In this document: positions 44,791 through 62,255 of the stretch, piece by piece | Numbering within the stretch: position 1 is the stretch's first letter | Layout: every line of letters starts with the position of its first letter | Assembly (NCBI GenBank): GCA_965153355.1 | Contig: OZ231126.1 | Location: forward strand, 22,320,001 to 22,384,000 | DNA: 64,000 nucleotides | Source: Flaccisagitta enflata | Lineage: Eukaryota | Direction of reading: 5' to 3' | Position numbers and translations under genes: made by a program | Notes under the pieces: model-generated | The model's input: the letters and a program-made list of their open reading frames with translations, nothing else | Told to the model about the DNA's origin: nothing | Database searches by the model: none

Positions 44791-45290
44791 GAGAGGAAGA
44801 GAGGAAGAGAGAGACGAGAGACATTGTCGTTGTAGGCAGTTTGTCAGCAGTGGTCGTGACCCCTAGCCATGTGAATGGACCAAGGGGCTGTTTCTCGTCT
44901 GACTCATCCCCCGCAGATCCTTACCCAAAGTAGTCTATGTAAATAGTACTGAAGTTGGGGGGATCTGGCTAAGAATGGAACTAGCAAGGGGATAAGGCAA
45001 TTGTCATTGTGTGAGAGTGACTGAAAGAGAGAGGCAGACAGAGTCAAATTTATTACGTTGTTAGCAGTTTGTATGCAGTAGTAGTAGTAGTAGTAGTAGT
45101 AGTAGAGGCTCCTAGCCATGTGAATGGACCTAGGAGTCGTTTTTTGTCTGACTCATCTCCCGCAGATCCTTACCCAACGTAGTCTATGTAAATAGTACTG
45201 TAGTTGGGGGGATCTGGCTAAGAATCTAACTAGCAGGGAGATAAGGCAGTTGTTATTGTGCCTAGGCGTCAAAATTTTAAGTAGGATGAG

Positions 45291-48206
45291 TCACAGATGA
45301 TTTTGAGTAGGAGATGGAGGAAGATTTGGTGGGCGCTGAGCAGGCAGGATAACATCTAGAGGGCTGCAGTGGGACCGATAGATGACCTTTTGATCCTTTA
45401 ATGTACTTGAGCGAACTAGCTGCATCACTTCTGCCTCTCTTTCACTGATCAATTTGCTCAAAACTGGGTTCCCAACCTTCATCTTGGTCACCATTTTGGA
45501 GCTCAGCTGCAGCAGACGGACCTTTATCATGGGCAGACAGGCACTTTCATGTAATATCTTCAGGCTGACATATCTGGGCAGATGGAGGCAGGTACGGATG
45601 GCCCAATTTTGAATTTTCTGCATTATGTCAAGTGTACTTTCTGGGGAATGGACAAAACAGACAGACCCATATTCAAAGATTGACCTGATATAAACTTTGT
45701 AAAGTCGGATGAGGATCTTTGGGTCGGTCCCATCCCATGCCAATATTCTAAGGATATTCAGTCTTTTTTCTGCTCTTTGAGATAAAGCTTGAATATGATC
45801 CTTGAAATTGAGAATTGAATTAATCTCAACACCAAGAAATTTTGCCTTAGATACTGGCCTCACTACATCATTGAAAAGGAGGATTGCCAGGTTTTCTTCT
45901 AGCTTTCCCCGTTTCTTACTCAGAATGACCAAATTTGATTTGTCTCCGTTTAATTTCACCCGCCACTTACGGCACCATCCTTCAACAGCATCCACGGCCC
46001 TTTGAATCTTTCTGACAGCCAGCAACTCGGTCCTGGTACTACCACATATGGCAATGTCATCTGCAAACTGATAGTGGCCTGTACCCGTGTCTTCTCCTGT
46101 GGGTAGGTCATTCACAGATATGATGTAGATGAGTGATGAGTGGGGACAAGCAGCTCCCTTGGGGTGTCCAGCCCTTAAGTTGACAACTTTAGAGAAGAGC
46201 CCTGTTTCAAAGACTTGTAGTGTTCTATCAGTAAGGAAAGAGCTAAGGACTCTGACTATTCTGTCTGGCAAGCCTAGTGAGTTTTTCAATTTGTACCTGA
46301 TACCATCATGCCAGCATTTGTCAAAGGCTGCCTCTGCATCTAAAAACAAACTAGCTGTTACTTCACCTTCTCTGAAACCCTTATGGCTCTCCTCAACCAG
46401 TCTCAACAGATGGTCAGAACTCATTTTACCTTTTCTGTAACCGCTTTGGTTTTTGTTGAATATTCCTTTGGACTCAAGAAAATTACTTAGCCTGCCTGCC
46501 AGCAGTCTCTCAAATAGTTTTCCTAAGCAGGAGAGGAGGGATATGGGTCGGTAATTTTTAGCCTGGGATAGATCTTTCCCAGGCTTAGGCACCATTATGG
46601 TTTTGGCATGCTTCCAGACCTTAGGAAAGTATCCTATCTTTATACAGGCCCCAAAAAACTTTGTTATGTAGGCCAGATAAGAGGGAGGAACCTTCTTAGG
46701 AGGTTGTAGCCAACACCATCGTGGCCAGCAGCTGACTTAGTTCTACAGTTCTTAAGATGGTCGGCTACCTCTTCCACTGTAGGTTGAGTCACCAGTGGAG
46801 AGTCATCCCCCTCTTCAGGCTCCAGATATTTGGCAATGGGGTTAGTAGTGAAAGCCATATCATTTTGTTGTATATATCTTTCAACACTTATTTTCCAGCC
46901 ATCGTCAAATCCCACAAATTCTGGAGTCTGATGCACTCGTTCCAGTCTATTGGCAAAAAGTTCTATTCTTTCTTCAGCTGTGCTAGCTATGTTCCCTAAC
47001 TCATCTGAGATTTTCTTTGTGTGAACAGTTGTCCCCTCTTCATTGCAGGACAGTCTTTTGACAGATTGGAAGAATTTGCGGGGGTCAGGTTCTGCAGCTA
47101 GCTTGCTACAGGCAACTTCATGTCTGGCTTTTTGTTCAAGCTTTTGTTGCTTCTTTATCTGGCTACCAATTAGGTTGCTCTCTCTCTGGATAGTCTGAGC
47201 AGCCACTAAGTCGCCCCTAGCCATTGCAGCACTCTTCTCTCTGCGCAATTTTCGCTTTCTTTTTATAAGTGCCAGCACATGGGCTGAGACTGGTGTTGAC
47301 CGGGTTCTTTTCTCCCTCAGTGGGCATGAGGCCTCGAAGGCCTCTCTTACCACATTAGGAAGGTCATTGGCTATTCTATCTAGTTCACTGGCTGTTTCAA
47401 AATTCAGGGGAAGAGAGCTTACTTTGTCATTTATTTGTTCCTTGAATCGAGTGCAGTCCATTTGAGAGACATTGCGGTAGAAAATTGGATTGTTAGGTTG
47501 AGGATTGCCAAATGTTAGTTCACAGTGCAGGGGCAAATGATCTGACCCCACATCTTCACCAACAAAAAATTCAGGTTTCATACTTGTTACAGCTCTATTG
47601 CCAATAATCAGATCGAGCACTTCCTCTCTACCATTTCTTGGGTCAATGCGTGTTTTGGAACCATCATTCAAAACAATCCAATTTTGGTCATCAAGGACAT
47701 CTAAGAGGTCTGAGCCTGGGGTATCGGTTGAATTTGATCCCCAAGCAAGGTTTTTGCAGTTCAGGTCACCAGTGAAAATAGTAGCTGAATCTCTATACAA
47801 AGAATTTTGAAATATGCTAGGGTTGATCCTATTTCCTGGCGGGTTATAAAAAGTAACTATTTTAAGACCTGGTCGATCTTTGTTTCCTTTAATCTCAATC
47901 CCGATTATTTCTTCCTGAAATTGAGATTTAAAAAAATTCCAGTTCAACCACATCCTTTATAGTTTCTTTGACCAGAATCAAACTGCCGTGTTTCCCACTC
48001 ATACCAATAGGTTCTCTTCTTGCAGCACAATAGTAACCTTTGATTAAAATATTTTTATCTTTATTTAACATAGTCTCATTTATAGTTACTACCTCTGGGT
48101 GATTGTATTCACTCAGATAGTGCTCAAGATTTTCTTTATTTGCCCTAACACCCCGAATATTTAAGTGGATGATCCTATATTGATACAAGATTTGATTAAA
48201 ATTCAT
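45291..48206 (-). pseudogene. LINE ORF2 (APE endonuclease plus reverse transcriptase), frameshifted; Jockey/I group
   Basis: APE motifs HLNIRG, INET, GDLN, WGS, LDL, SDH; RT motifs NYRPISLLS, QSGYR, LDAEAAFD, FADD, KFLG; frameshifts near 47935 and 46690 and a locally garbled PQG motif near 46150; no RNase H seen. Confidence 0.95.
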
Positions 48207-50014
48207 TGTGAGATTTGAGATGTCATATTGTTTTGGGATGTGGAGCTGCCCTGACTGACGGCTGGAAATTCACTCTGGGGGAAAATGTCTTTCCATACTG
48301 TCTGTTGAACCGTAGTCAGCTCCAGTGAACTATTGGTATGCAGAAGCCCGCAGTCCTTAACGGCTTTGACTGCATTTGCCGTGGTTTTCAAAACAAGCTC
48401 TGACTTGCTCACCTTAGGCTTTTTCAATTCCACCTCCAGATCTAGAACGGCTCGAGAGACAACCATGGAGATGACTGGGGCAAGCGATTCCCAGATTTTC
48501 CCCACTGCTGCATCCAAGTCACTCTTGGACATAGAGGCAGAGCTGACGACCCTTGCCATTGTGGGCTGTGGTGAGCTTTTAGAGGCTGTTTTGAATGCCA
48601 CACCGTCTTTAGACCATGCCGGATGTGCTTCATTGCAGTTTGCACATTTCGCATGTTCTTTGTCTTTGTTTTGAAAGTGAGGACACTCTTTGTGAAAATG
48701 GTCCTGTGAGCACCACAAGCAGGCACGTTTTTCTTTGCATTGCGCCCGCTTGTGGTCAGGATTCCATTTCTGACAGTTAAAACATTGGCTGATCGTATTG
48801 CCAGGGGCACTGCCATGGGGGCGTCTGTCTTGATGTTCAGCACACTTATGGTGTTCCCATCCAAGATGGACGCCCTCACGTAGCACCCTTTTTTGAGTTT
48901 CCTCATTTTCAAGAGTTATGCAAACCTTATAAGTTTTGGTACCAGTTTGTTTATGGCAAAATCGGATTATATTGGTCAATTTGAGGCTGTTTCTTTCCTC
49001 CAACTCTTGTTTGAGGCAGTCGTCTTCCAAGTCCGGGTCAACACCAAGGATTATTGCCTTATACTCTACTTTCTTATTTCTAGATAAGGAAACTGCTAAG
49101 TTGTTACCAAAAGAAACATGTTTTGACCAGTTCTCTTTCATTAGCCTAGAAAAATCCTCGGGAGCAGTCGGACATAGAATAACACATCCTGACTGGGTGA
49201 TGATAACTTGATCTAAGTTTACATTTGGCATTACTTTTGAAAATTCCCGTTTGAAAATAATCCCATTTTTAACAAATTCCCTTTTCACCCCAGTCAGAAA
49301 TACTTTCTCAACCTCGCCACCACTGGTACTCATCCTGGGTCGTTTTGAGTCCACGGCCGCCGTCGCTGCTGTGTGACCTCTTTTACGACTTGGGGTTAGA
49401 CATGGTCGGACAAAGTTCCCGGTTGCGCCATTTGTCGTTGCAGCTGATGCCCCTTGACCGTCATCTGCCATCACCGCATCATTTGGTAAATGAGCAGAGT
49501 TTGAAGTCCCTGTGTCACCCGGGAGAGCGTCTGGACTTAGACGTAGTTTTTTTGCCATCTTTAGTAGCATCATCTTCCGCTGGGTCTCGTTCAACTCATC
49601 CACGTCCGGGATGTCAGGGATCGGTGGTAATGAGTCTTCGTCCTCGCCGAGACTCTCAAATGAGTTAGCCAGAGGAAGACCGCTGGTCGTTGCCTCCATT
49701 TGCGCTTCTTTCTGTCCTTTCGTCGTTTTTCCTTTTCCGTTTTTGCCCTTGTTGGTCATTTTGCTGCTTTGTTTTTGTTGTTGTTGTTCTTGTTGTTGTT
49801 GTTGTTCTTGTTGTTGTTGTTGTTCTTGTTCTTGTTGTTGTTCTTGTTGTTGTTGTTGTTGTTGTTGTTCCGTGAGTTCGAATCTGAATAAAAGTCCTTC
49901 TTCTGCGTCTTCCCCACACAGATTGGGAGTTGGGGGGCGGTTTCGTCGAAAAACACGCGGAACAAACAGACTGTTGTTGTTTGTCATGAGGAGATGAGGA
50001 GACGCTTGTCTCAA
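48203..50014 (-). CDS. LINE ORF1 (gag-like nucleic-acid-binding protein)
   Basis: Three zinc knuckles CFNCQKWNPDHKRAQC, CLWCSQDHFHKEC, CANCNEAHPAW; its stop overlaps the ORF2 start (ATGA); the true start may be MTNKGK at ~49759, after the poly-Q. Confidence 0.9.
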   Translation of the reverse strand: MRQASPHLLMTNNNSLFVPRVFRRNRPPTPNLCGEDAEEGLLFRFELTEQQQQQQQQEQQQEQEQQQQQEQQQQQEQQQQKQSSKMTNKGKNGKGKTTKGQKEAQMEATTSGLPLANSFESLGEDEDSLPPIPDIPDVDELNETQRKMMLLKMAKKLRLSPDALPGDTGTSNSAHLPNDAVMADDGQGASAATTNGATGNFVRPCLTPSRKRGHTAATAAVDSKRPRMSTSGGEVEKVFLTGVKREFVKNGIIFKREFSKVMPNVNLDQVIITQSGCVILCPTAPEDFSRLMKENWSKHVSFGNNLAVSLSRNKKVEYKAIILGVDPDLEDDCLKQELEERNSLKLTNIIRFCHKQTGTKTYKVCITLENEETQKRVLREGVHLGWEHHKCAEHQDRRPHGSAPGNTISQCFNCQKWNPDHKRAQCKEKRACLWCSQDHFHKECPHFQNKDKEHAKCANCNEAHPAWSKDGVAFKTASKSSPQPTMARVVSSASMSKSDLDAAVGKIWESLAPVISMVVSRAVLDLEVELKKPKVSKSELVLKTTANAVKAVKDCGLLHTNSSLELTTVQQTVWKDIFPQSEFPAVSQGSSTSQNNMTSQISQ

Positions 50015-50417
50015 ATTAATGAAGATTTCTGTTGGTGTAAATGACTTTGATAATTTGTAACGTCTTTTTTTGTTGTACTTTCACATTCCAGTACTGTCAC
50101 CCGAAGCTAAGTAAAGCAAACGGGGCCACGACGCAACAAGGCAGAAAATGAATGTTTTTTTTTTTTTTCTTTCCTTTGCTTTCGCCGAGATAGGAATTGA
50201 GATAAACAGACACTTAGTCGTTATTCTTCCCCCACCTGGGAGACTCAGAGTCAGAGTCTTGGATTCGAGACTCGATTTTTTTGGTTAGTTTTTTTATTCG
50301 TGAAAATCACATTCAAATCGTGTTTCACTTCCGCGGTCATTTTTGGATTCAGGTCATCTTGATTTCCTGATTTCCTCTTGCATTTTCTTGATTGAAGTTG
50401 ACAATTTCGGCACGCGT

Positions 50418-51299
50418 TTAATTTCGGTTTGGTTTTTTTTTTCGCTGACGTGGGATAAGAAAAAATTGTATTTGGATCGGCGGCAGATTTAAAAATTGGC
50501 CGCCAGTTGGAGATTGCGCACCATGTCGCGGGACCGGAAGTGGTAGATACTCGGATCCGTCGGGGTTTGGCGAAGACGTTCGCATCCTTGGAGTCGGAGC
50601 GCCGGTAACATTGTCACGGGCGGCGTGGGTGTCAGTTGGGAGACTGTTCCATGAGAATTCATTGACGGGTCTTTTGCGATTCCCAATGTCATTGTGCACT
50701 GCGTTCACGATGTCGGCGTTGGAAGGAAAACCCTCTGGATAGTTTTCACGATCAAAGAAACGCATGGAGTCCCATTCGCGCCGGATCCGACGCAAAGTAG
50801 ACGCCGCGAATCGAAGAGGGTCGCCGGGCATCGAGTCGAGCGCCATTTGTCTTGCATACGATATGAAGTCGTAAACCATATCCGGTCCGTGTCGAGCGCC
50901 ATCTGATTCACAGGCGGCGTCGTCGAAGTCATTCGTTCCTTCGGTGCAAGTAGAAACGGCGTCGAAAAGGCGCCGGCATCCTTCCATTTCCGCAGTGATG
51001 TCGTTCCTCATTGCGCGCAAACGATTCGCCCTCGACACTGATTCAAAACCGGCGAGATACACGAGATGACGCGAAGCGGTCGAGACGGTGTCGCTGCCGC
51101 GCTGCCATTGTCCAATTTCTGCTGAGGTCGGACGGAAAGAGTCCAGTCGTTTAAATTGTTGAAATATAAATACGCCCACGAGTTTCAACTGGCACTGTCT
51201 ATGAGCGTCTATCTGACTGACGACTTGTGGTGAAAGAAAGTTGGCTGATTGGAAAATAGGAAGGCGATCGTCTCGTTTATTCCATAAAAATTTCAACAA
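50418..51299 (-). CDS. Unknown 293-codon ORF upstream of LINE ORF1, preceded by a splice acceptor
   Basis: Non-repetitive, CpG-rich open frame starting right after CCTCTCTTCAG|; no family recognised. Confidence 0.5.
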   Translation of the reverse strand: MLKFLWNKRDDRLPIFQSANFLSPQVVSQIDAHRQCQLKLVGVFIFQQFKRLDSFRPTSAEIGQWQRGSDTVSTASRHLVYLAGFESVSRANRLRAMRNDITAEMEGCRRLFDAVSTCTEGTNDFDDAACESDGARHGPDMVYDFISYARQMALDSMPGDPLRFAASTLRRIRREWDSMRFFDRENYPEGFPSNADIVNAVHNDIGNRKRPVNEFSWNSLPTDTHAARDNVTGAPTPRMRTSSPNPDGSEYLPLPVPRHGAQSPTGGQFLNLPPIQIQFFLIPRQRKKKPNRN

Positions 51300-52399
51300 C
51301 TGAAGAGAGGGGGAAAAATGAAAGGAAAGTGGGCGCTACTGTGATCAGCAAAACGCAAAAGACAACATGAAATCGAGATAGGTCACAATAAAGGACAGAA
51401 AACAGCACATGACAACATGTTCATCTTCTTCAGAGCCCATGCCACCTGATAATACCTGCCCTGCCCCCGGCCCATCCTATTAAATTATCCATATCATCCC
51501 TATAGCAAGCTGATCGGGCAAGCGATAAAACCATACTAAAATCCGGCGATAAAAATGCAAAAGAGCAAAAGACAAAATAACAGACCGGAAAACAAGATAA
51601 AAACAACGTTAATAAAAGCAAAGACGCGTCTACAAAAACTTACTTTAGGCCCACTTTCGTTGGTTTCAACCCCACAGTCTGTCGAAGTCAAATTAACGTT
51701 AATTGCTCATAAGTTTATCTGCAATAAAAAGATGAGAGATTATTGAAATTAGTGAATTCCAAGGGCGCATTCAAACGATCACGAAAAATCAATCAATCAC
51801 TTTAAGAAGCAATGCCGTAAATAAATAAAATCAATCAATCCAAAAATTGGACGATGCGAAAGACGAGTTACGTATGTTCGCCTACGTAATAAAAACAAAT
51901 GGCACAAAACACAAGGCGCAACCATATGGTTACCCATCTAGCGTTCAATATAAAAAATGGCGAGAAACAAAAGACGCGGGCATTGAATAATCGAGAAAGA
52001 GGAAAAGCCAAAAGCACGCAAAAGAGACAAAAGCACACATACTTAAGAAACGGACAGACATACATTTCTAACAATTACTATGGATTGTCGGAATGTCGGA
52101 AATCGCGTCGAAGCTCTACCAACTCGGGAGCGCGCGGTGGAGATTGCGTTAGCGCTTGTGCCTGAGTGCATGTACGGCTCAATCACATAATTAGCTTTTT
52201 CATATCAGATCGGATTTATGTTGGAATTTTGGCAAGGGTAATTGAACACTTTCAGATAAATAGAGGGAGCTTGTGAAAAATGCGGCAGCTTGTGCTGAAT
52301 TTCTCTTGCTCCGCGGCAGCCTAGCAAAATTGGCACCTCTGTGAGCCAGCATGATACAACCAGAGTACCGTCCCAAGATCCGGTTGTTCTTTGTTCGAC

Positions 52400-52530
52400 T
52401 TTCACGCATGCGCATGCCAGCACGCACTTTCACACTGCGCACGCAGATGCACAAGCTGACTTGCACGCACGAGCGGAGAAGCAAAACATTCATTGAAATT
52501 CTCCCGCGAACCGGAAGTGACGTAGATTTA
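52400..52530. promoter_or_regulatory. Candidate promoter: NRF1-like GCATGCGCATGC and ETS-CRE composite CCGGAAGTGACGT
   Basis: Motifs at ~52406-52417 and ~52512-52524 in a CpG-rich non-coding stretch between divergently oriented units. Confidence 0.45.
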
Positions 52531-52614
52531 TGGCATGAGACTGAATTGGAAAGGCAGAACACAGAACACGTGAAAAAAGGGTGAAAAGATAGCCCTTAGA
52601 ATAGAAAGGAAGAT

Positions 52615-52617
52615 GTA

Positions 52618-52685
<68 letters not shown>

Positions 52686-52857
52686 AGAAATATAATGGAA
52701 AGAAACAAAGAAACAAAGAAACAAAGAAACAAAGAAACAAAGAAACAAAGAAACAAAGAAACAAAGAAACAAAGAAAAAAAGAAACGAAAAAAAAACCAA
52801 AGAAACAAAGAAAAAGAAAAAAAAACAAAAAACAAACAAAAAAGAAACACAGAAGGA

Positions 52858-52917
<60 letters not shown>

Positions 52918-53382
52918 AATAAAGAAAGGATTAAAGAAAAAAAGAAAGACAGAAAGACGGAAAGAAAAGAAGAAATAAAAAAAGAAAGACGGGAAGAAAG
53001 AAAAAACACGAAAAAAAAACAAGAAAAAAGGGTGAAAAGATAGCCCTTAGAATCGAAAGGACGATGAAAAGAAAGATAGAAGAAAAGAAAGAAAGAAAGA
53101 AAGAAAGCAAGAAAGGAAGAAAAAAAGAAAGAAAGAAAGAAAGAAATAAAGATAGAAAGAAAACAAAGAAACCAAAAAATAAAGAAAAAAAGAAACAAGG
53201 AAACAAACAAACCAAGAAAAAAAAGAAACAAAGAAACAAAAAAAAACAAAACAAAGAAACAAAGAAACAAAGAAACAAAGAAACAAAGAAACAAAGAAAC
53301 AAAGAAACAAAGAAATAAAGAAATAAAGAAACAAAGAAACAAAGAAAAAGAAAATAACAAAAAAAAACAAAAAAAGAAACAC

Positions 53383-53437
<55 letters not shown>

Positions 53438-53661
53438 AGGAAAGAAAGAAAGAAAGAAAGAAAGAAAGAATTAAAGAAAGAAAAAAAGACAGAAAGAAAG
53501 ACAGAAAGACGGAAAGAAAGAAAGAAAGAAAAAAAGAAAGACGGGAAGAAAGAAAAAACAAGAAAAAAAAAACAAGAAAAAACAAAGAAAAACAAAGAAA
53601 GAAAGAAAATGACGGACAGAAAGAAAGAAAAAGACAGACAGAAGAAAGGAGAGAGAGAAAG

Positions 53662-53710
<49 letters not shown>
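52615..53710. repeat. Polypurine (GAAA)n/(AAAGAAAC)n tract with internal duplication
   Basis: Direct reading; AAAAAGGGTGAAAAGATAGCCCTTAGAAT recurs at ~52575 and ~53025. Confidence 0.9.
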
Positions 53711-54630
53711 TGAAAGAAACAAATATCAGATGAAAACAGAGAATTAGAACATCGAGAAGAAATGGGAGCATAATCAAAACATGCGCAATGCGAATGCAAT
53801 ATGAAGAAAGACGTCGTGTCTCACTTTGGACGTCTGGGTCACTCACAGACGCTCCTAATCAATATGATTAAAATCCTGACATCTAATTCTAAATAAATCT
53901 CTTTTCACTGTGAATCAAGGGTGAGGCGATATCAAATTTGACTCTGTCGTTGGTCAGGGGGTGAGAGCAGTGTTTGTTGAAAACACCCAGTGTGATGGAC
54001 GGATCCATCGGCATACCAAATGTTATGACTCACACGCATCTGGCCAAAACAATACTAGCAAAATCAAAGGAGACTTAGATGCAATATAAAAAAGAATGTA
54101 ACCAGAGAGGGCGTCACTGCTCGAGTCGGGCTTCAGTTTTCTGCGAATTTGTGTAATCTCTCCTAAAAGTCAACCAGGAACGGGCTCAAAGCTGAAGGCC
54201 ACATGGGTGAGAGCAAAAAGTAACGAAAACCGACGGCGATAACGACGATAAAGATGACGATAACGGCCTACTACCAGATGCATGCCTCAAGGCCACATAG
54301 GTGTGAACAAAAGGTCACGAAGACGACGATCAAGATGACGATAATGGCCAACAACAAGGTGTATGGTGAGAACAAAGGCGAGGAAAACCGACGATGCAGA
54401 CGACGATGCTGACGACGACAACGACGAACTACAAGGTGCATGAAAGTCTTACTAGTCACTCATTATTGAACTGCGGAAAAGAATCAAACTCATCAAATAT
54501 CAACTGATTTTACTCATACTAGTCAAACTACAAATCTCCAATCGAACAATTTTTCTCCAGTACAATTATAATCAATGAAAACATCATTTTCTTCGACTCA
54601 TACGAAATTGAAATTGAAATTTAATACAAA

Positions 54631-54715
54631 ATGTCTGCAATTGACAATGATGAAGAATTTGATGTCATCATGCTTTCAGATCCAGAGTCCGACGACGAAG
54701 ATGAATCAAACGACG
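54631..54715 (+). CDS. DNMT3: DNMT3-family DNA (cytosine-5) methyltransferase, exon 1
   Basis: CAAAATGT start context, MSAIDNDEEFDVIMLSDPESDDEDESND, donor G|GTAAGT (phase 1) compatible with exon 2. Confidence 0.75.
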
Positions 54716-54748
54716 GTAAGTATCGTGTATGTGTTTGCTTATCTAATA

Positions 54749-55160
54749 CTACACGAATTAAAAAAAAAAGACGCACTTTTGAATGGTTGATTGCGCCATT
54801 GAAAATTGAAAAAACTAACTAAAATCTCAGACCATTTTGAAGCCCTTCAAAAACTCTCTCATTTGGCGCCAATCTGGTATCTCTATCTTTTTTCGTTTGG
54901 AAATGGCATTAGTTTGAGTAAAAATGTTGCCAAATTTGTTTTTGCAGTCCCTTTGAAAAAGATGCAATTCAGCAAAATGGTGTCTCACTTTAAAGAGCTC
55001 TAGCTCCTAAACTGTTAAAGATACAGATCTGGGATTGGTCTAGAATGAAAGATGATTTGAAAATCTACAAAAACACTGTCTCTGTAAAATTTTTTTGATA
55101 CTTTTAAAGTCAGTTTTATCAGCAAATAAAAAGGTGCGTCTTTTTTTTTAATTCGTGTAG
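54749..55160. mobile_element. Tc1/mariner-type MITE in DNMT3 intron 1
   Basis: TA|CTACACGAATTAAAAAAAAAAGACGCAC...GTGCGTCTTTTTTTTTAATTCGTGTAG|TA. Confidence 0.85.
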
Positions 55161-55674
55161 TAATGCGTTAAATCTTGAAGCCGAGATCTTTATTAGTAGC
55201 GTGCTACGCGACTCTACACCCCGCTATGTTGGTCGGTCGGTTGGTCGGTCGGTCGGTTAGTTGGTCGGTCGGTTAGTCAGTCAGTCGATCGGTCGGTCGG
55301 TCGGTCGGTCGGTCGGTCGGTCGGTCGGTCGGTCGGTCGGTCGGTCGGTCGGTCGGTCGGTCGGTCGGTCGGTCCCCTTTTTACTGTTTCGGCGTTTTTG
55401 AGCTTTTTGAGCATACGGCTCTTGCCCAGATGCCCTAGTGACCTTCTCCAGCACTGCTCCTGCCCACCTGCACGCGACTAGGGTAGCCGTGTATCCGGGC
55501 TTGTCAAAGAAAGCATTGCATTTCTCTTTGTTTTCTGAAGAGGTGTCTGATTCAAGTTGCTACATTTAGGCATACTTGCGCTGATTCAAGATATGAAAGG
55601 CTAATTGTTGGATTGATCGATGCATCGTTAGACTGATTGATTCTTGAAGCTATTTTTTGATCAATGGATCAAAC

Positions 55675-55715
<41 letters not shown>

Positions 55716-56293
55716 AATTGATTGATTGATTGATTGAAGGATCTATCGATGAACGGATTAGTTGATTGATTGAAGGATCTATTAATGAACGGATTGGTTG
55801 AATTATTAGCTAACTGATAGATTGATTCTTCAATTGGTCAGAGAGTTGATAGATTGAGCGGTTAACAAATTGATTATTGGCTTTTTTTTTTTTTGTCAGT
55901 TATCTTTATGTGATCTATCGATCGAAGAACTGATGGTATGATTGGTGGAATTAGTGACAAAATGATAGAAACAATGGTGGTCAATGAATGAATAAATGCA
56001 TGTTTGCGTTACGAAAATTACGATGGATATTTACATTTTGCATTTTCTGAGATACCATTGAAATGAAAAAGTATCGTTTCAGTGATCTAATTCCCATGTC
56101 AGTTGGTTCTATTCAAAGTTTGACATGAATGATGGACACAACAAGCCGATTTGTTGTAGCCCGGTTCAACAGTGTTGTATTCACGAGCAAAAGTCAACAT
56201 AAAATAATCATTCTATTCCATAGAAAATATGGAAAATATGAATTTCTTATCTAAATCTCTTCATGTTTTTCTCTCTCTCTTATATTCATGCAG

Positions 56294-61194
<4,901 letters not shown>

Positions 61195-61718
61195 GTATGC
61201 GTGCGAAGGATAGATTACCGACAGTAAATCAGCCTTATTTGCATATTGTTGTAAACAAAAGTTTTTCATTCACATTGACCTGGGAACATTTGAATATAGC
61301 TAAATTCAGTAATAAGCGACATGAACCACTTACACTAGCTGTGAGAAGGTTCCTGAGAGATTTTGCCTCCACTCTTTTGAGAGCAAAAGGAAACATCTTA
61401 ATGATGAAAACGGACACCATTCTTCATAATGAAATATAAAAATAATTTGCATTCGAACTGGGTGAAATCTGGGCGCGCTTGCTGCGATCTTGGCAAGGCA
61501 GGCTGATCCTGCAATCTCGGCACAGGAGTGCACCAAAAGGTCATGTTGAATAACTAAATCAAGACAATCGGCAGAGAGGATCAGAAGCCCTACTAGTTAT
61601 GGGGAGCATCCACTTATAAGGAATATTCCGCCTTTTCACCTTCTTCTCCACCGCCCTCCCTCCCATTCATTATTTCTTTTGGGCAGCGGCCCTGGATACC
61701 AAATGGGGAAATTTTCTC

Positions 61719-61791
<73 letters not shown>

Positions 61792-61836
61792 CGTGCGTGC
61801 GTGTGTCGTCTCTGTATCTCTGTATCTCTGTCTCTC

Positions 61837-61942
<106 letters not shown>

Positions 61943-62008
61943 TCTGTCTCTCTGTTTGTCTGTCTCTCTCTTTCTCTGTCTCTTTGTCTGTCTCTGTCTC
62001 TTTGTCTT

Positions 62009-62199
<191 letters not shown>

Positions 62200-62255
62200 C
62201 TTTCTTTCTCATTCACTCGTTATTTCTTTCACTCCTACCCCCCCCCCCCTGCAAG

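Noticed and set aside
45077-45104. (TAC)n as the LINE 3' tail
   Set aside because: Similarity between the two duplicated 3' units continues on both sides of it, so it is an internal expansion.
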